Assembly (NCBI GenBank): GCA_964016885.1
Contig: OZ024742.1
Location: 7,192,001 to 7,256,000, forward strand
Source: Eledone cirrhosa
Taxonomy: Eukaryota
Direction of reading: 5' to 3'
DNA: 64,000 nt
The stretch's first letter is position 1. The number at the start of each line of letters is the position of its first letter. The notes under the pieces were generated by a model. It saw only the letters and a program-made list of their open reading frames with translations. It was not told the DNA's origin and made no database searches. Of the stretch, positions 1 through 18,000 are shown in pieces. The position numbers and the translations under genes are program-made.

Positions 1-3000
1 AATGACAACAACAACATAACCAACAACAGCAACAATTAAGTAACAACACGACCAACAACAGCAACAATGACAATAACAACACAACCAACAACAGCAACAA
101 TGACAATAACAACACAACCAACAACCGCAACAATGACAATAACAACACAACCAACAACAGCAATAATGACAATAACAACACGACCAACAAAAGCAACAAT
201 GACAATAACAACACGACCAACAACAGCAACGATGACAATAAAACAAAACCAACAACAGCAACAGTGACAATAACAACACAACCACCAACATCAACAATGA
301 CAGTAACAACACAACCAACAACAGCAACAGTGACAATAACAACACAACCAACAACAGCAACAATGACAATAACAACACAACCAACAACAGCAACAATGAC
401 AATAACAACACAACCAACAACAGCAACAATGACAATAATAACACAACCAACAACAGCAACAATGACAATAACAACAAAACCAACAACAGCAACAATGACA
501 ATAACAACACAACCAACAACCGCAACAATGACAATAACAACAGGACCAACAACAGCAATAACGACAATAACAACAAAACCAAAGACAGCAATAATGACAA
601 TAACAACACAACCAACAACAGCAATAATGACAATAACAACACAACCAACAACAGCAATAATGACAATAACAACACAACCAACAACAGCAATAATGACAAT
701 AACAACACAACCAACAACCGCAACAATGACAATAACAACACAACCAACAACAGCAACAATGACAACAACAACACAACCAACAACAATGACAATAATAAAA
801 AATCCAATAACAGCAACAATGACAAAAACAACACAACCAACAACAGCAACAATGACAATAACAACACAACCAACAACAGCAACAATGACAATAACAACAC
901 AACCAACAACAGCAACAATGACAATATCAACACGACCAACAACAGCAACAATGACAATAACAACACAACCAACAACAGCAACAATGACAATAGCAACACA
1001 ACCAACAATATCAACAATGACAATAACAACACAACCAACAACAGCAATAATGACAATAACAACAAAACCAACAACAGCAACAATGACAATAACAACACAA
1101 CCAACAACCGCAACAATGACAATAACAACAGGACCAACAACAGCAACAGTGACAATAACAACACAACCAACAACAGCAACAATGACAATAACAACACAAC
1201 CAACAACAGCAACAATGACAATAACAACACAACCAACAACAGCAACAATGACAATAACAACACAACCAAACTATCAACACTGACAATAACAACAAAACCA
1301 ACAACAGCAACAATGACAATAACAACACAACCAACAACAGCAACAATGACAATAACAACATAACCAACAACAGCAACAATGACAACAACAACATAACCAA
1401 CAACAGCAGCAATTAAATAACAACACGACCAACAACAGCAACAATGACAATAACAACACAACCAACAACAGCAACAATGACAATAACAACACAACCAACA
1501 ACCGCAACAATGACAATAACAACACAACCAACAACAGCAATAATGACAATAACAACACGACCAACAAAAGCAACAATGACAATAACAACACGACCAACAA
1601 CAGCAACGATGACAATAAAACAAAACCAACAACAGCAACAGTGACAATAACAACACAACCACCAACATCAACAATGACAGTAACAACACAACCAACAACA
1701 GCAACAGTGAAAATAACAACACAACCAACAACAGCAACAATGACAATAACAACAAAACCAACAACAGCAACAATGACAATAACAACACAACCAACAACAG
1801 CAATAATGACAATAACAACACAACCAACAACAGCAACAATGACAATGACAACACAACCAACAACAGCAACAATGACAATAACAACACAACCAACAACAGC
1901 AATAATGACAATAACAACACAACCAACAACAGCAATAATGACAATAACAACAAAACCAACAACAGCAACAATGACAATAACAACACAACCAACAACAGCA
2001 ATAATGACAATAACAACACAACCAACAACAGCAACAATGACAATGACAACACAACCAACAACAGCAACAATGACAATAACAACACAACCAACAACAGCAA
2101 TAATGACAATAACAACACGACCAACAACAGCAACAATGACAATAACAACACAACCAACAACAGCAATAATGACAATAAGAACACAACCAACAACAGCAAC
2201 AATGACAATAACAACACAACCAACAATATCAACAATGACAGTAACAACACAACCAACAACAGCAACAGTGAAAATAACAACACAACCAACAACAGCAACA
2301 ATGACAATAACAACAAAACCAACAACAGCAACAATGACAATAACAACACAACCAACAACAGCAACAGTGACAATAACAACACAACCAACAACAGCAACAA
2401 TGACAATAACAACACAACCAACAACAGCAACAATGACAATAACAACACAACCAACAACAGCAACAATGACAATAATAACACAACCAACAACAGCAACAAT
2501 GACAATAACAACAAAACCAACAACAGCAACAATGACAATAACAACACAACCAACAACCGCAACAATGACAATAACAACAGGACCAACAACAGCTATAACG
2601 ACAATAACAACAAAACCAAAGACAGCAATAATGACAATAACAACACAACCAACAACAGCAATAATGACAACAACAACACAACCAACAACAGCAATAATGA
2701 CAATAACAACACAACCAACAACAGTAATAATGACAATAACAACACAACCAACAACAGCAACAATGACAATAACAACACAACCAACAACCGCAACAATGAC
2801 AATAACAACACAACCAACAACAGCAACAATGACAACAACAACACAACCAACAACAATGACAATAATAACAAATCCAATAACAGCAACAATGACAAAAACA
2901 ACACAACCAACAACAGCAACAATGACAATAACAACACAACCAACAACAGCAACAATGACAATAACAACACAACCAACAACAGCAACAATGACAATATCAA

Positions 3001-6000
3001 CACGACCAACAACAGCAACAATGACAATAACAACACAACCAACAACAGCAACAATGACAATAGCAACACAACCAACAATATCAACAATGACAATAACAAC
3101 ACAACCAACAACAGCAATAATGACAATAACAACACAACCAACAACAGCAACAATGACAATAACAACACAACCAACAACAGCAACAATGAAAATAACAACA
3201 CAACCAACAATAGCAACAATTAAATAACAACAGCAACAATTAAATAACAACACAACCAACAACAGCAACAATGACAATAACAACACAACCATCAACGGCA
3301 ATAATGACAATAACAACACAACCAACAACAGCAACAGTGACAATAACAACACAACCAACAACAGCAACAATGACAATAACAACACAACCAACAACAGCAA
3401 CAATGACAATAACAACACAACCAACAACAGCAACAATGACAATAACAACACAACCAAACTATCAACACTGACAATAACAACAAAACCAACAACAGCAACA
3501 ATGACAATAACAACACAACCAACAACAGCAACAATGACAATAACAACATAACCAACAACAGCAACAATGACAATAACAACAAAACCAACAACAGCAACAG
3601 TGACAATAAGAACACAACCAACAACAGCAACAATGACAATAACAACACAACCAACAATATCAACAATGACGATAACAACACAACCAACAACAGCAACAAT
3701 GATAATTACAACACAACCAAGAACAGCAACAATGACATTAACAACACAACCAACAACAGCAACAATGACAATAACAACACAACCAACAACAGCAACAATG
3801 ACAATAACAACACAACCAACAATATCAACAATGACAATAACAACACAACCAACAACAGCAACAATGACAATAACAACACGACCAACAACAGCAATAATGG
3901 CAATAACAACACAACCAACAACAGTAACAATGACAATAACAACACGACCAACAACAGCAACAATGACAATAACAATACTACCAACAACAGCAACAATGAC
4001 AATAACAACACAACCAACAACACCAACAATGACAATAACAACACAACCATCAACAGCGACAATGACAATAACAACAAAACCAACAACAGCAACAATGACA
4101 ATAACAACACAAGCAACAACAGCAACAATGACAATAACAACATAACCAACAACAGCAACAATGACAATAACAACAAAACCAACAACAGCAACAATGACAA
4201 TAACAACACAACCAACAACATCAACAATGACAATAACAACACAACCAACAACAGCAACAATGACAATAACAACACAACCAACAACAGCAACAATGACAAT
4301 AACAACACAACCAACAACAGCAGCCATGACAATAACAACACGACCAACAACAGCAACAATGACAATAACAACACAACCAACAATATCAACAATGACAATA
4401 ACAACACAACCAACAACAGCAACAATGACAATAACAACACAACCAACAACAGCAACACTGACAATAATAACACGACCAACAACAGCAACAATGACAATAA
4501 CAACACGACCAACAACAGCAACAATGACAATAACAACACAACCAACAACAGCAACAATGACAATAACAACACAACCAACAACAGCAACAATGACAATAAC
4601 AACACGACCAACAACAGCAACAATGACAATAACAACACAACTAACAACAGCAACAATTGAATATCAACACAACCAACAACAACAACAATGACAATAACAA
4701 CACAACCAACAACAGCAACAATGACAATAACAACACAACCAACAACAGCAATAATGACAATAACAACAAAACCAACAACAGCAACAATGACAATAACAAC
4801 ACAACCAACAACAGCAATAATGACAATAACAACACAACCAACAACAGCAACAGTGACAATGACAACACAACCAACAACAGCAACAATGACAATAACAACA
4901 CAACCAACAACAGCAATAATGACAATAACAACACGACCAACAACAGCCACAATGACAATAACAACACAACCAACAACAGCAATAATGACAATAAGAACAC
5001 AACCAACAACAGCAACAATGACAATAACAACACAACCAACAATATCAACAATGACAATAACAACACAACCAACAACAGCAACAATGACAATAACAACACG
5101 ACCAACAAAAGCAACAATGACAATAACAACACGACCAACAACAGCAACAATGACAATAAAACAAAACCAACAACAGCAACAGTGACAATAACAACACAAC
5201 CACCAACATCAACAATGACAATAACAACACAACCAACAACAGCAACAATGACAATAACAACACAACCAACAACAGCAACAATGACAGTAACAACACAACC
5301 AACAACAGCAACAATGACAATAACAACACAACCAACAACAGCAACAATGACAATAACAACACGACCAACAACAGCAACAATGACAATAACAACACAACTA
5401 ACAACAGCAACAATTGAATAACAACACAACCAACAACAACAACAATGACAATAACAACACAACCAACAACAGCAACAATGACAATAACAACACAACCAAC
5501 AACAGCAATAATGACAATAACAACAAAACCAACAACAGCAACAATGACAATAACAACACAACCAACAACAGCAATAATGTCAATAACAACACAACCAACA
5601 ACAGCAACAGTGACAATAACAACACAACCAACAACAGCAACAATGACAATAACAACACAACCAACAACAGCAATAATGACAATAACAACACGACCAACAA
5701 CAGCAACAATGACAATAACAACACAACCAACAACAGCAATAATGACAATAAGAACACAACCAACAACAGCAACAATGACAATAACAACACAACCAACAAT
5801 ATCAACAATGACAATAACAACACAACCAACAACAGCAACAATGACAATAACAACACGACCAACAAAAGCAACAATGACAATAACAACACGACCAACAACA
5901 GCAACAATGACAATAAAACAAAACCAACAACAGCAACAATGACAATAACAACACAACCAACAACAGCAACAGTGACAATAACAACACAACCAACAACAGC

Positions 6001-9000
6001 AACAATGACAATAACAACACAACCAACAACAGCAACAATGACAATAACAACACAACCAACAACAGCAACAATGACAATAACAACAAAACCAACAACAGCA
6101 ACAATGACAATAACAACACAACCAACAACCGCAACAATGACAATAACAACAGGACCAACAACAGCAATAACGACAATAACAACAAAACCAAAGACAGCAA
6201 TAATGACAATAACAACACAACCAACAACAGCAATAATGACAATAACAACACAACCAAAAACAGCAATAATGACAATAACAACACAACCAACAACAGCAAC
6301 AATGACAATAACATCACAACCAACAACCGCAACAATGACAATAACAACACAACCAACAACAGCAACAATGACAACAACAACACAACCGACAACAATGACA
6401 ATAATAACAAATCCAATAACAGCAACAATGACAATAACAACACAACCAACAACAGCAACAATGACAATAACAACACAACCAACAACAGCAACAATGACAA
6501 TAACAACACAACCAACAACAGCAACAATGACAATAACAACACGACCAACAACAGCAACAATGACAATAACAACACAACCAACAACAGCAACAATGACAAT
6601 AGCAACACAACCAACAATATCAACGATGACAATAACAACACAACCAACAATAGCAATAATGACAATAACAACACAACCAACAACAGCAACAATGACAATA
6701 ACAACACAACCAACAACAGCAACAATGACAATAACAACACAACCAACAATAGCAACAATTAAATAACAACACAACCAACAACAGCAACAATGACAATAAC
6801 AACACAACCATCAACGGCAATAATGACAATAACAACACAACCAACAACAGCAACAGTGACAATAACAACACAACCAACAACATCAACAATGACAATAACA
6901 ACACAACCAACAACAGCAACAATGACAATAACAACACAACCAACAACAGCAACAATGACAATAACAACACAACCAACAACAGCAATAATGACAATAACAA
7001 CAAAACCAACAACAGCAACAATGACAATAACAACACAACCAACAACAGCAATAATGACAATAACAACACAACCAACAACAGCAACAGTGACAATGACAAC
7101 ACAACCAACAACAGCAACAATGACAATAACAACACAACCAACAACAGCAATAATGACAATAACAACACGACCAACAACAGCCACAATGACAATAACAACA
7201 CAACCAACAACAGCAATAATGACAATAAGAACACAACCAACAACAGCAACAATGACAATAACAACACAACCAACAATATCAACAATGACAATAACAACAC
7301 AACCAACAACAGCAACAATGACAATAACAACACGACCAACAAAAGCAACAATGACAATAACAACACGACCAACAACAGCAACAATGACAATAAAACAAAA
7401 CCAACAACAGCAACAGTGACAATAACAACACAACCACCAACATCAACAATGACAATAACAACACAACCAACAACAGCAACAATGACAATAACAACACAAC
7501 CAACAACAGCAACAATGACAGTAACAACACAACCAACAACAGCAACAATGACAATAACAACACAACCAACAACAGCAACAATGACAATAACAACACGACC
7601 AACAACAGCAACAATGACAATAACAACACAACTAACAACAGCAACAATTGAATAACAACACAACCAACAACAACAACAATGACAATAACAACACAACCAA
7701 CAACAGCAACAATGACAATAACAACACAACCAACAACAGCAATAATGACAATAACAACAAAACCAACAACAGCAACAATGACAATAACAACACAACCAAC
7801 AACAGCAATAATGTCAATAACAACACAACCAACAACAGCAACAGTGACAATAACAACACAACCAACAACAGCAACAATGACAATAACAACACAACCAACA
7901 ACAGCAATAATGACAATAACAACACGACCAACAACAGCAACAATGACAATAACAACACAACCAACAACAGCAATAATGACAATAAGAACACAACCAACAA
8001 CAGCAACAATGACAATAACAACACAACCAACAATATCAACAATGACAATAACAACACAACCAACAACAGCAACAATGACAATAACAACACGACCAACAAA
8101 AGCAACAATGACAATAACAACACGACCAACAACAGCAACAATGACAATAAAACAAAACCAACAACAGCAACAATGACAATAACAACACAACCAACAACAG
8201 CAACAGTGACAATAACAACACAACCAACAACAGCAACAATGACAATAACAACACAACCAACAACAGCAACAATGACAATAACAACACAACCAACAACAGC
8301 AACAATGACAATAACAACAAAACCAACAACAGCAACAATGACAATAACAACACAACCAACAACCGCAACAATGACAATAACAACAGGACCAACAACAGCA
8401 ATAACGACAATAACAACAAAACCAAAGACAGCAATAATGACAATAACAACACAACCAACAACAGCAATAATGACAATAACAACACAACCAAAAACAGCAA
8501 TAATGACAATAACAACACAACCAACAACAGCAACAATGACAATAACATCACAACCAACAACCGCAACAATGACAATAACAACACAACCAACAACAGCAAC
8601 AATGACAACAACAACACAACCGACAACAATGACAATAATAACAAATCCAATAACAGCAACAATGACAATAACAACACAACCAACAACAGCAACAATGACA
8701 ATAACAACACAACCAACAACAGCAACAATGACAATAACAACACAACCAACAACAGCAACAATGACAATAACAACACGACCAACAACAGCAACAATGACAA
8801 TAACAACACAACCAACAACAGCAACAATGACAATAGCAACACAACCAACAATATCAACGATGACAATAACAACACAACCAACAATAGCAATAATGACAAT
8901 AACAACACAACCAACAACAGCAACAATGACAATAACAACACAACCAACAACAGCAACAATGACAATAACAACACAACCAACAATAGCAACAATTAAATAA

Positions 9001-12000
9001 CAACACAACCAACAACAGCAACAATGACAATAACAACACAACCATCAACGGCAATAATGACAATAACAACACAACCAACAACAGCAACAGTGACAATAAC
9101 AACACAACCAACAACATCAACAATGACAATAACAACACAACCAACAACAGCAACAATGACAATAACAACACAACCAACAACAGCAACAATGACAATAACA
9201 ACAAAACCAACAACAGCAACAGTGACAATAACAACACAACCAACAACAGCAACAATGACAATAACAACACAACCAACAATATCAACAATGACGATAACAA
9301 CACAACCAACAACAGCAACAATGATAATAACAACACAACCAACAACAGCATCAATGACATTAACAACACAACCAACAACAGCAACAATGACAATAACAAC
9401 ACAACCAACAACAGCAACAATGACAATAATAACACAACCAACAACAGCAACAATGACAATAACAACACTACCAACAACAGCAACAATGACAATAACAACA
9501 CAACCAACAACACCAACAATGGCAATAACAACACGACCAACAACAGCAATAATGACAATAACAACACAACCAACAACAGTAAGAATGACAATAACAACAC
9601 GACCAACAACTGCAACAATGACAATAACAACACTACCAACAACAGCAACAATGACAATAACAACACAACCAACAACACCAACAATGACAATAACAACACA
9701 ACCATCAACAGCGACAATGACAATAACAACAAAACCAACAACAGCAACAATGACAATAACAACACTACCAACAACAGCAACAATGACAATAACAACACAA
9801 CCAACAACACCAACAATGACAATAACAACACAACCATCAACAGCGACAATGACAATAACAACAAAACCAACAACAGCAACAATGACAATAACAACACAAG
9901 CAACAACAGCAACAATAACAATAACAACATAACCAACAACAGCAACAATGACAATAACAACAGAACCAACAACAGCAACAATGACAATAACAACACAACC
10001 AACAACAGCAACAATGTCAATAACAACACAACCAACAACAGCAACAATGACAATAACAACAAAACCAACAACAGCAACAGTGACAATAACAACACAACCA
10101 ACAACAGCAACAATGACAATAACAACACAACCAACAACAGCAACAATGACATTAACAACACAACCAACAACAGCAACAATGACAATAATAACACAACCAA
10201 CAACAGCAACAATGACAATAACAACAAAACCAACAACAGCAACAATGACAATAACAACACAACCAACAACCGCAACAATGACAATAACAACAGGACCAAC
10301 AACAGCAATAACGACAATAACAACAAAACCAAAGACAGCAATAATGACAATAACAACACAACCAACAACAGCAACAATGACAATAACAACACAACCAACA
10401 ACAGCAATAATGACAATAACAACACAACCAACAACAGCAATAATGACAATAACAACACAACCAACAACAGCAACAATGACAATAACAACACAGCCAACAA
10501 CCGCAACAATGACAATAGCAACACAACCAACAACAGCAACAATGACAACAACAACACAACCAACAACAATGACAATAATAACAAATCCAATAACAGCAAC
10601 AATGACAATAACAACACAACCAACAACAGCAACAATGACAATAACAACACAACCAACAACAGCAACAATGACAATAACAACACAACCAACAACAGCAACA
10701 ATGACAATAACAACACGACCAAGAACAGCAACAATGACAATAACAACACAACCAACAACAGCAACAATGACAATAGCAACACAACCAACAATATCAACAA
10801 TGAGAATAACAACACAACCAACAACAGCAATAATGACAATAACAACACAACCAACAACAGCAACAATGACAATAACAACACAACCAACAACAGCAACAAT
10901 GACAATAACAACACAACCAACAATAGCAACAATTAAATAACAACAGCAACAATTAAATAACAACACAACCAACAACAGCAACAATGACAATAACAACACA
11001 ACCATCAACGGCAATAATGACAATAACAACACAACCAACAACAGCAACAGTGACAATAACAACACAACCAACAACAGCAACAATGACAATAACATCACAA
11101 CCAACAACAGCAACAGTGACAATAACAACACAACAAACAACAGCAACAATGACAATAACAACACAACCAAACTATCAACACTGACAATAACAACAAAACC
11201 AACAACAGCAACAATGACAATAACAACACAACCAACAACAGCAACAATGACAATAACAACATAACCAACAACAGCAACAATGACAATAACAACAAAACCA
11301 ACAACAGCAACAGTGACAATAACAACACAACCAACAACAGCAACAATGACAATAACAACACAACCAACAATATCAACAATGACGATAACAACACAACCAA
11401 CAACAGCAACAATGATAATAACAACACAACCAACAACAGCAACAATGACATTAACAACACAACCAACAACAGCAACAATGACAATAACAACACAACCAAC
11501 AACAGCAACAATGACAATAACAACACAACCAACAATATCAACAATGACAATAACAACACAACCAACAACAGCAACAATGACAATAACAACACGACCAACA
11601 ACAGCAATAATGGCAATAACAACACAACCAACAACAGTAACAATGACAATAACAACACGACCAACAACAGCAACAATGACAATAACAACACTACCAACAA
11701 CAGCAACAATGACAATAACAACACAACCAACAACACCAACAATGACAATAACAACACAACCATCAACAGCGACAATGACAATAACAACAAAACCAACAAG
11801 AGCAACAATGACAATAACAACACAAGCAACAACAGCAACAATGACAATAACAACAAAACCAACAACAGCAACAATGACAATAACAACACAAGCAACAACA
11901 GCAACAATAACAATAACAACATAACCAACAACAGCAACAATGACAATAACAACAGAACCAACAACAGCAACAATGACAATAACATCACAACCAACAACAG

Positions 12001-15000
12001 CAACAATGTCAATAACAACACAACCAACAACAGCAACAATGACAATAACAACACAACCAACAACAGCAACAATGACATTAACAACACAACCAACAACAGC
12101 AACAATGACATTAACAACACAACCAACAACAGCAACAATGACAATAACAACACAACCAACAACAGCAACAATGACATTAACAACACAACCAACAACAGCA
12201 ACAATGACAATAATAACACAACCAACAACAGCAACAATGACAATAACAACACGACCAACAACAGCAACAATGACAATAACAACACAACTAACAACAGCAA
12301 CAATTGAATAACAACACAACCAACAACAACAACAATGCCAATAACAACACAACCAACAACAGCAACAATGACAATAATAACACAACCAACAACAGCAACA
12401 ATGACAATAATAACACAACCAACAACAGCAACAATGACATTAACAACACAACCAACAACAGCAACAATGACAATAACAACACAACCAACAACAGCAACAA
12501 TGACATTAACAACACAACCAACAACAGCAACAATGACAATAACAACACAACCAACAACAGCAACAATGACAATAACAACACGACCAACAACAGCAACAAT
12601 GACAATAACAACACAACTAACAACATCAACAATTGAATAACAACACAACCAACAACAACAACAATGACAATAACGACACAACCAACAACAGCAACAATGA
12701 CAATAACAACACAACCAACAACAGCAATAATGACAATAACAACAAAACCAACAACAGCAACAATGACAATAACAACACAACCAACAACAGCAATAATGTC
12801 AATAACAACACAACCAACAACAGCAACAGTGACAATAACAACACAACCAACAACAGCAACAATGACAATAACAACACAACCAACAACAGCAATAATGACA
12901 ATAACAACACGACCAACAACAGCAACAATGACAATAACAACACAACCAACAACAGCAATAATGACAATAAGAACACAACCAACAACAGCAACAATGACAA
13001 TAACAACACAACCAACAATATCAACAATGACAATAACAACACAACCAACAACAGCAACAATGACAATAACAACACGACCAACAAAAGCAACAATGACAAT
13101 AACAACACGACCAACAACAGCAACAATGACAATAAAACAAAACCAACAACAGCAACAATGACAATAACAACACAACCAACAACAGCAACAGTGACAATAA
13201 CAACACAACCAACAACAGCAACAATGACAATAACAACAAAACCAACAACAGCAACAATGACAATAACAACACAACCAACAACAGCAACAATGACAATAAT
13301 AACACAACCAACAACAGCAACAATGACAATAACAACAAAACCAACAACAGCAACAATGACAATAACAACACAACCAACAACCGCAACAATGACAATAACA
13401 ACAGGACCAACAACAGCAATAACGACAATAACAACAAAACCAAAGACAGCAATAATGACAATAACAACACAACCAACAACAGCAATAATGACAATAACAA
13501 CACAACCAACAACAGCAATAATGACAATAACAACACAACCAACAACAGCAACAATGACAATAACATCACAACCAACAACCGCAACAATGACAATAACAAC
13601 ACAACCAACAACAGCAACAATGACAACAACAACACAACCGACAACAATGACAATAATAACAAATCCAATAACAGCAACAATGACAATAACAACACAACCA
13701 ACAACAGCAACAATGACAATAACAACACAACCAACAACAGCAACAATGACAATAACAACACAACCAACAACAGCAACAATGACAATAACAACACGACCAA
13801 CAACAGCAACAATGACAATAACAACACAACCAACAACAGCAACAATGACAATAGCAACACAACCAACAATATCAACGATGACAATAACAACACAACCAAC
13901 AATAGCAATAATGACAATAACAACACAACCAACAACAGCAACAATGACAATAACAACACAACCAACAACAGCAACAATGACAATAACAACACAACCAACA
14001 ATAGCAACAATTAAATAACAACACAACCAACAACAGCAACAATGACAATAACAACACAACCATCAACGGCAATAATGACAATAACAACACAACCAACAAC
14101 AGCAACAGTGACAATAACAACACAACCAACAACATCAACAATGACAATAACAACACAACCAACAACAGCAACAATGACAATAACAACACAACCAACAACA
14201 GCAACAATGACAATAACAACAAAACCAACAACAGCAACAGTGACAATAACAACACAACCAACAACAGCAACAATGACAATAACAACACAACCAACAATAT
14301 CAACAATGACGATAACAACACAACCAACAACAGCAACAATGATAATAACAACACAACCAACAACAGCATCAATGACATTAACAACACAACCAACAACAGC
14401 AACAATGACAATAACAACACAACCAACAACAGCAACAATGACAATAACAACACAACCAACAACAGCAACAATGACAATAACAACACTACCAACAACAGCA
14501 ACAATGACAATAACAACACAACCAACAACACCAACAATGACAATAACAACACGACCAACAACAGCAATAATGACAATAACAACACAACCAACAACAGTAA
14601 GAATGACAATAACAACACGACCAACAACTGCAACAATGACAATAACAACACTACCAACAACAGCAACAATGACAATAACAACACAACCAACAACACCAAC
14701 AATGACAATAACAACACAACCATCAACAGCGACAATGACAATAACAACAAAACCAACAACAGCAACAATGACAATAACAACACTACCAACAACAGCAACA
14801 ATGACAATAACAACACAACCAACAACACCAACAATGACAATAACAACACAACCATCAACAGCGACAATGACAATAACAACAAAACCAACAACAGCAACAA
14901 TGACAATAACAACACAAGCAACAACAGCAACAATAACAATAACAACATAACCAACAACAGCAACAATGACAATAACAACAGAACCAACAACAGCAACAAT

Positions 15001-18000
15001 GACAATAACAACACAACCAACAACAGCAACAATGACAATAACAACACAACCAACAACACCAACAATGACAATAACAACACAACCATCAACAGCGACAATG
15101 ACAATAACAACAAAACCAACAACAGCAACAATGACAATAACAACACTACCAACAACAGCAACAATGACAATAACAACACAACCAACAACACCAACAATGA
15201 CAATAACAACACAACCATCAACAGCGACAATGACAATAACAACAAAACCAACAACAGCAACAATGACAATAACAACACTACCAACAACAGCAACAATGAC
15301 AATAACAACACAACCAACAACACCAACAATGACAATAACAACACAACCATCAACAGCGACAATGACAATAACAACAAAACCAACAACAGCAACAATGACA
15401 ATAACAACACAAGCAACAACAGCAACAATAACAATAACAACATAACCAACAACAGCAACAATGACAATAACAACAGAACCAACAACAGCAACAATGACAA
15501 TAACAACAAAACCAACAACAGCAACAATTAAATAACAACACAACCAACAACAGCAACAATGACAATAACAACACAACCAACAACAGCAATAATGACAATA
15601 ACAACACAACCAACAACAGCAACAATGACAATAACAACACAGCCAACAACCGCAACAATGACAATAGCAACACAACCAACAACAGCAACAATGACAACAA
15701 CAACACAACCAACAACAATGACAATAATAACAAATCCAATAACAGCAACAATGACAATAACAACACAACCAACAACAGCAACAATGACAATAACAACACA
15801 ACCAACAACAGCAACAATGACAATAACAACACAACCAACAACAGCAACAATGACAATAACAACACGACCAACAACAGCAACAATGACAATAACAACACAA
15901 CCAACAACAGCAACAATGACAATAGCAACACAACCAACAATATCAACAATGAGAATAACAACACAACCAACAACAGCAATAATGACAATAACAACACAAC
16001 CAACAACAGCAACAATGACAATAACAACACAACCAACAATAGCAACAATTAAATAACAACAGCAACAATTAAATAACAACACAACCAACAACAGCAACAA
16101 TGACAATAACAACACAACCATCAACGGCAATAATGACAATAACAACACAACCAACAACAGCAACAGTGACAATAACAACACAACCAACAACAGCAACAAT
16201 GACAATAACAACACAACCAACAACAGCAACAGTGACAATAACAACACAACAAACAACAGCAACAATGACAATAACAACACAACCAAACTATCAACACTGA
16301 CAATAACAACAAAACCAACAACAGCAACGATGACAATAACAACACAACCAACAACAGCAACAATGACAATAACAACATAACCAACAACAGCAACAATGAC
16401 AATAACAACAAAACCAACAACAGCAACAGTGACAATAACAACACAACCAACAACAGCAACAATGACAATAACAACACAACCAACAATATCAACAATGACG
16501 ATAACAACACAACCAACAACAGCAACAATGATAATAACAACACAACCAACAACAGCAACAATGACATTAACAACACAACCAACAACAGCAACAATGACAA
16601 TAACAACACAACCAACAACAGCAATAATGACAATAACAACACAACCAACAATATCAACAATGACAATAACAACACAACCAACAACAGCAACAATGACAAT
16701 AACAACACGACCAACAACAGCAATAATGGCAATAACAACACAACCAACAACAGTAACAATGACAATAACAACACGACCAACAACAGCAACAATGACAATA
16801 ACAACACTACCAACAACAGCAACAATGACAATAACAACACAACCAACAACACCAACAATGACAATAACAACACAACCATCAACAGCGACAATGACAATAA
16901 CAACAAAACCAACAAGAGCAACAATGACAATAACAACACAAGCAACAACAGCAACAATGACAATAACAACAAAACCAACAACAGCAACAATGACAATAAC
17001 AACACAAGCAACAACAGCAACAATAACAATAACAACATAACCAACAACAGCAACAATGACAATAACAACAGAACCAACAACAGCAAAAATGACAATAACA
17101 TCACAACCAACAACAGCAACAATGACAATAACAACACAACCAACAACAGCAACAATGACAATAACAACACAACCAACAACCGCAACAATGTCAATAACAA
17201 CACAACCAACAACAGCAACAATGACAATAACAACACAACCAACAACAGCAACAATGACATTAACAACACAACCAACAACAGCAACAATGACAATAATAAC
17301 ACAACCAACAACAGCAACAATGACAATAACAACAAAACCAACAACAGCAACAATAACAATAACAACACAACCAACAACCGCAACAATGACAATAACAACA
17401 GGACCAACAACAGCAATAACGACAATAACAACAAAACCAAAGACAGCAATAATGACAATAACAACACAACCAACAACAGCAACAATGACAATAACAACAC
17501 AACCAACAACAGCAATAATGACAATAACAACACAACCAACAACAGCAATAATGACAATAACAACAGAACCAACAACAGCAACAATGACAATAACAACACA
17601 GCCAACAACCGCAACAATGACAATAGCAACACAACCAACAACAGCAACAATGACAACAACAACACAACCAACAACAATGACAATAATAACAAATCCAATA
17701 ACAGCAACAATGACAATAACAACACAACCAACAACAGCAACAATGACAATAACAACACAACCAACAACAGCAACAATGACAATAACAACACAACCAACAA
17801 CAGCAACAATGACAATAACAACACAACCAACAACAGCAACAATGACAATAGCAACACAACCAACAATATCAACGATGACAATAACAACACAACCAACAAT
17901 AGCAATAATGACAATAACAACACAACCAACAACAGCAACAATGACAATAACAACACAACCAACAACAGCAACAATGACAATAACAACACAACCAACAATA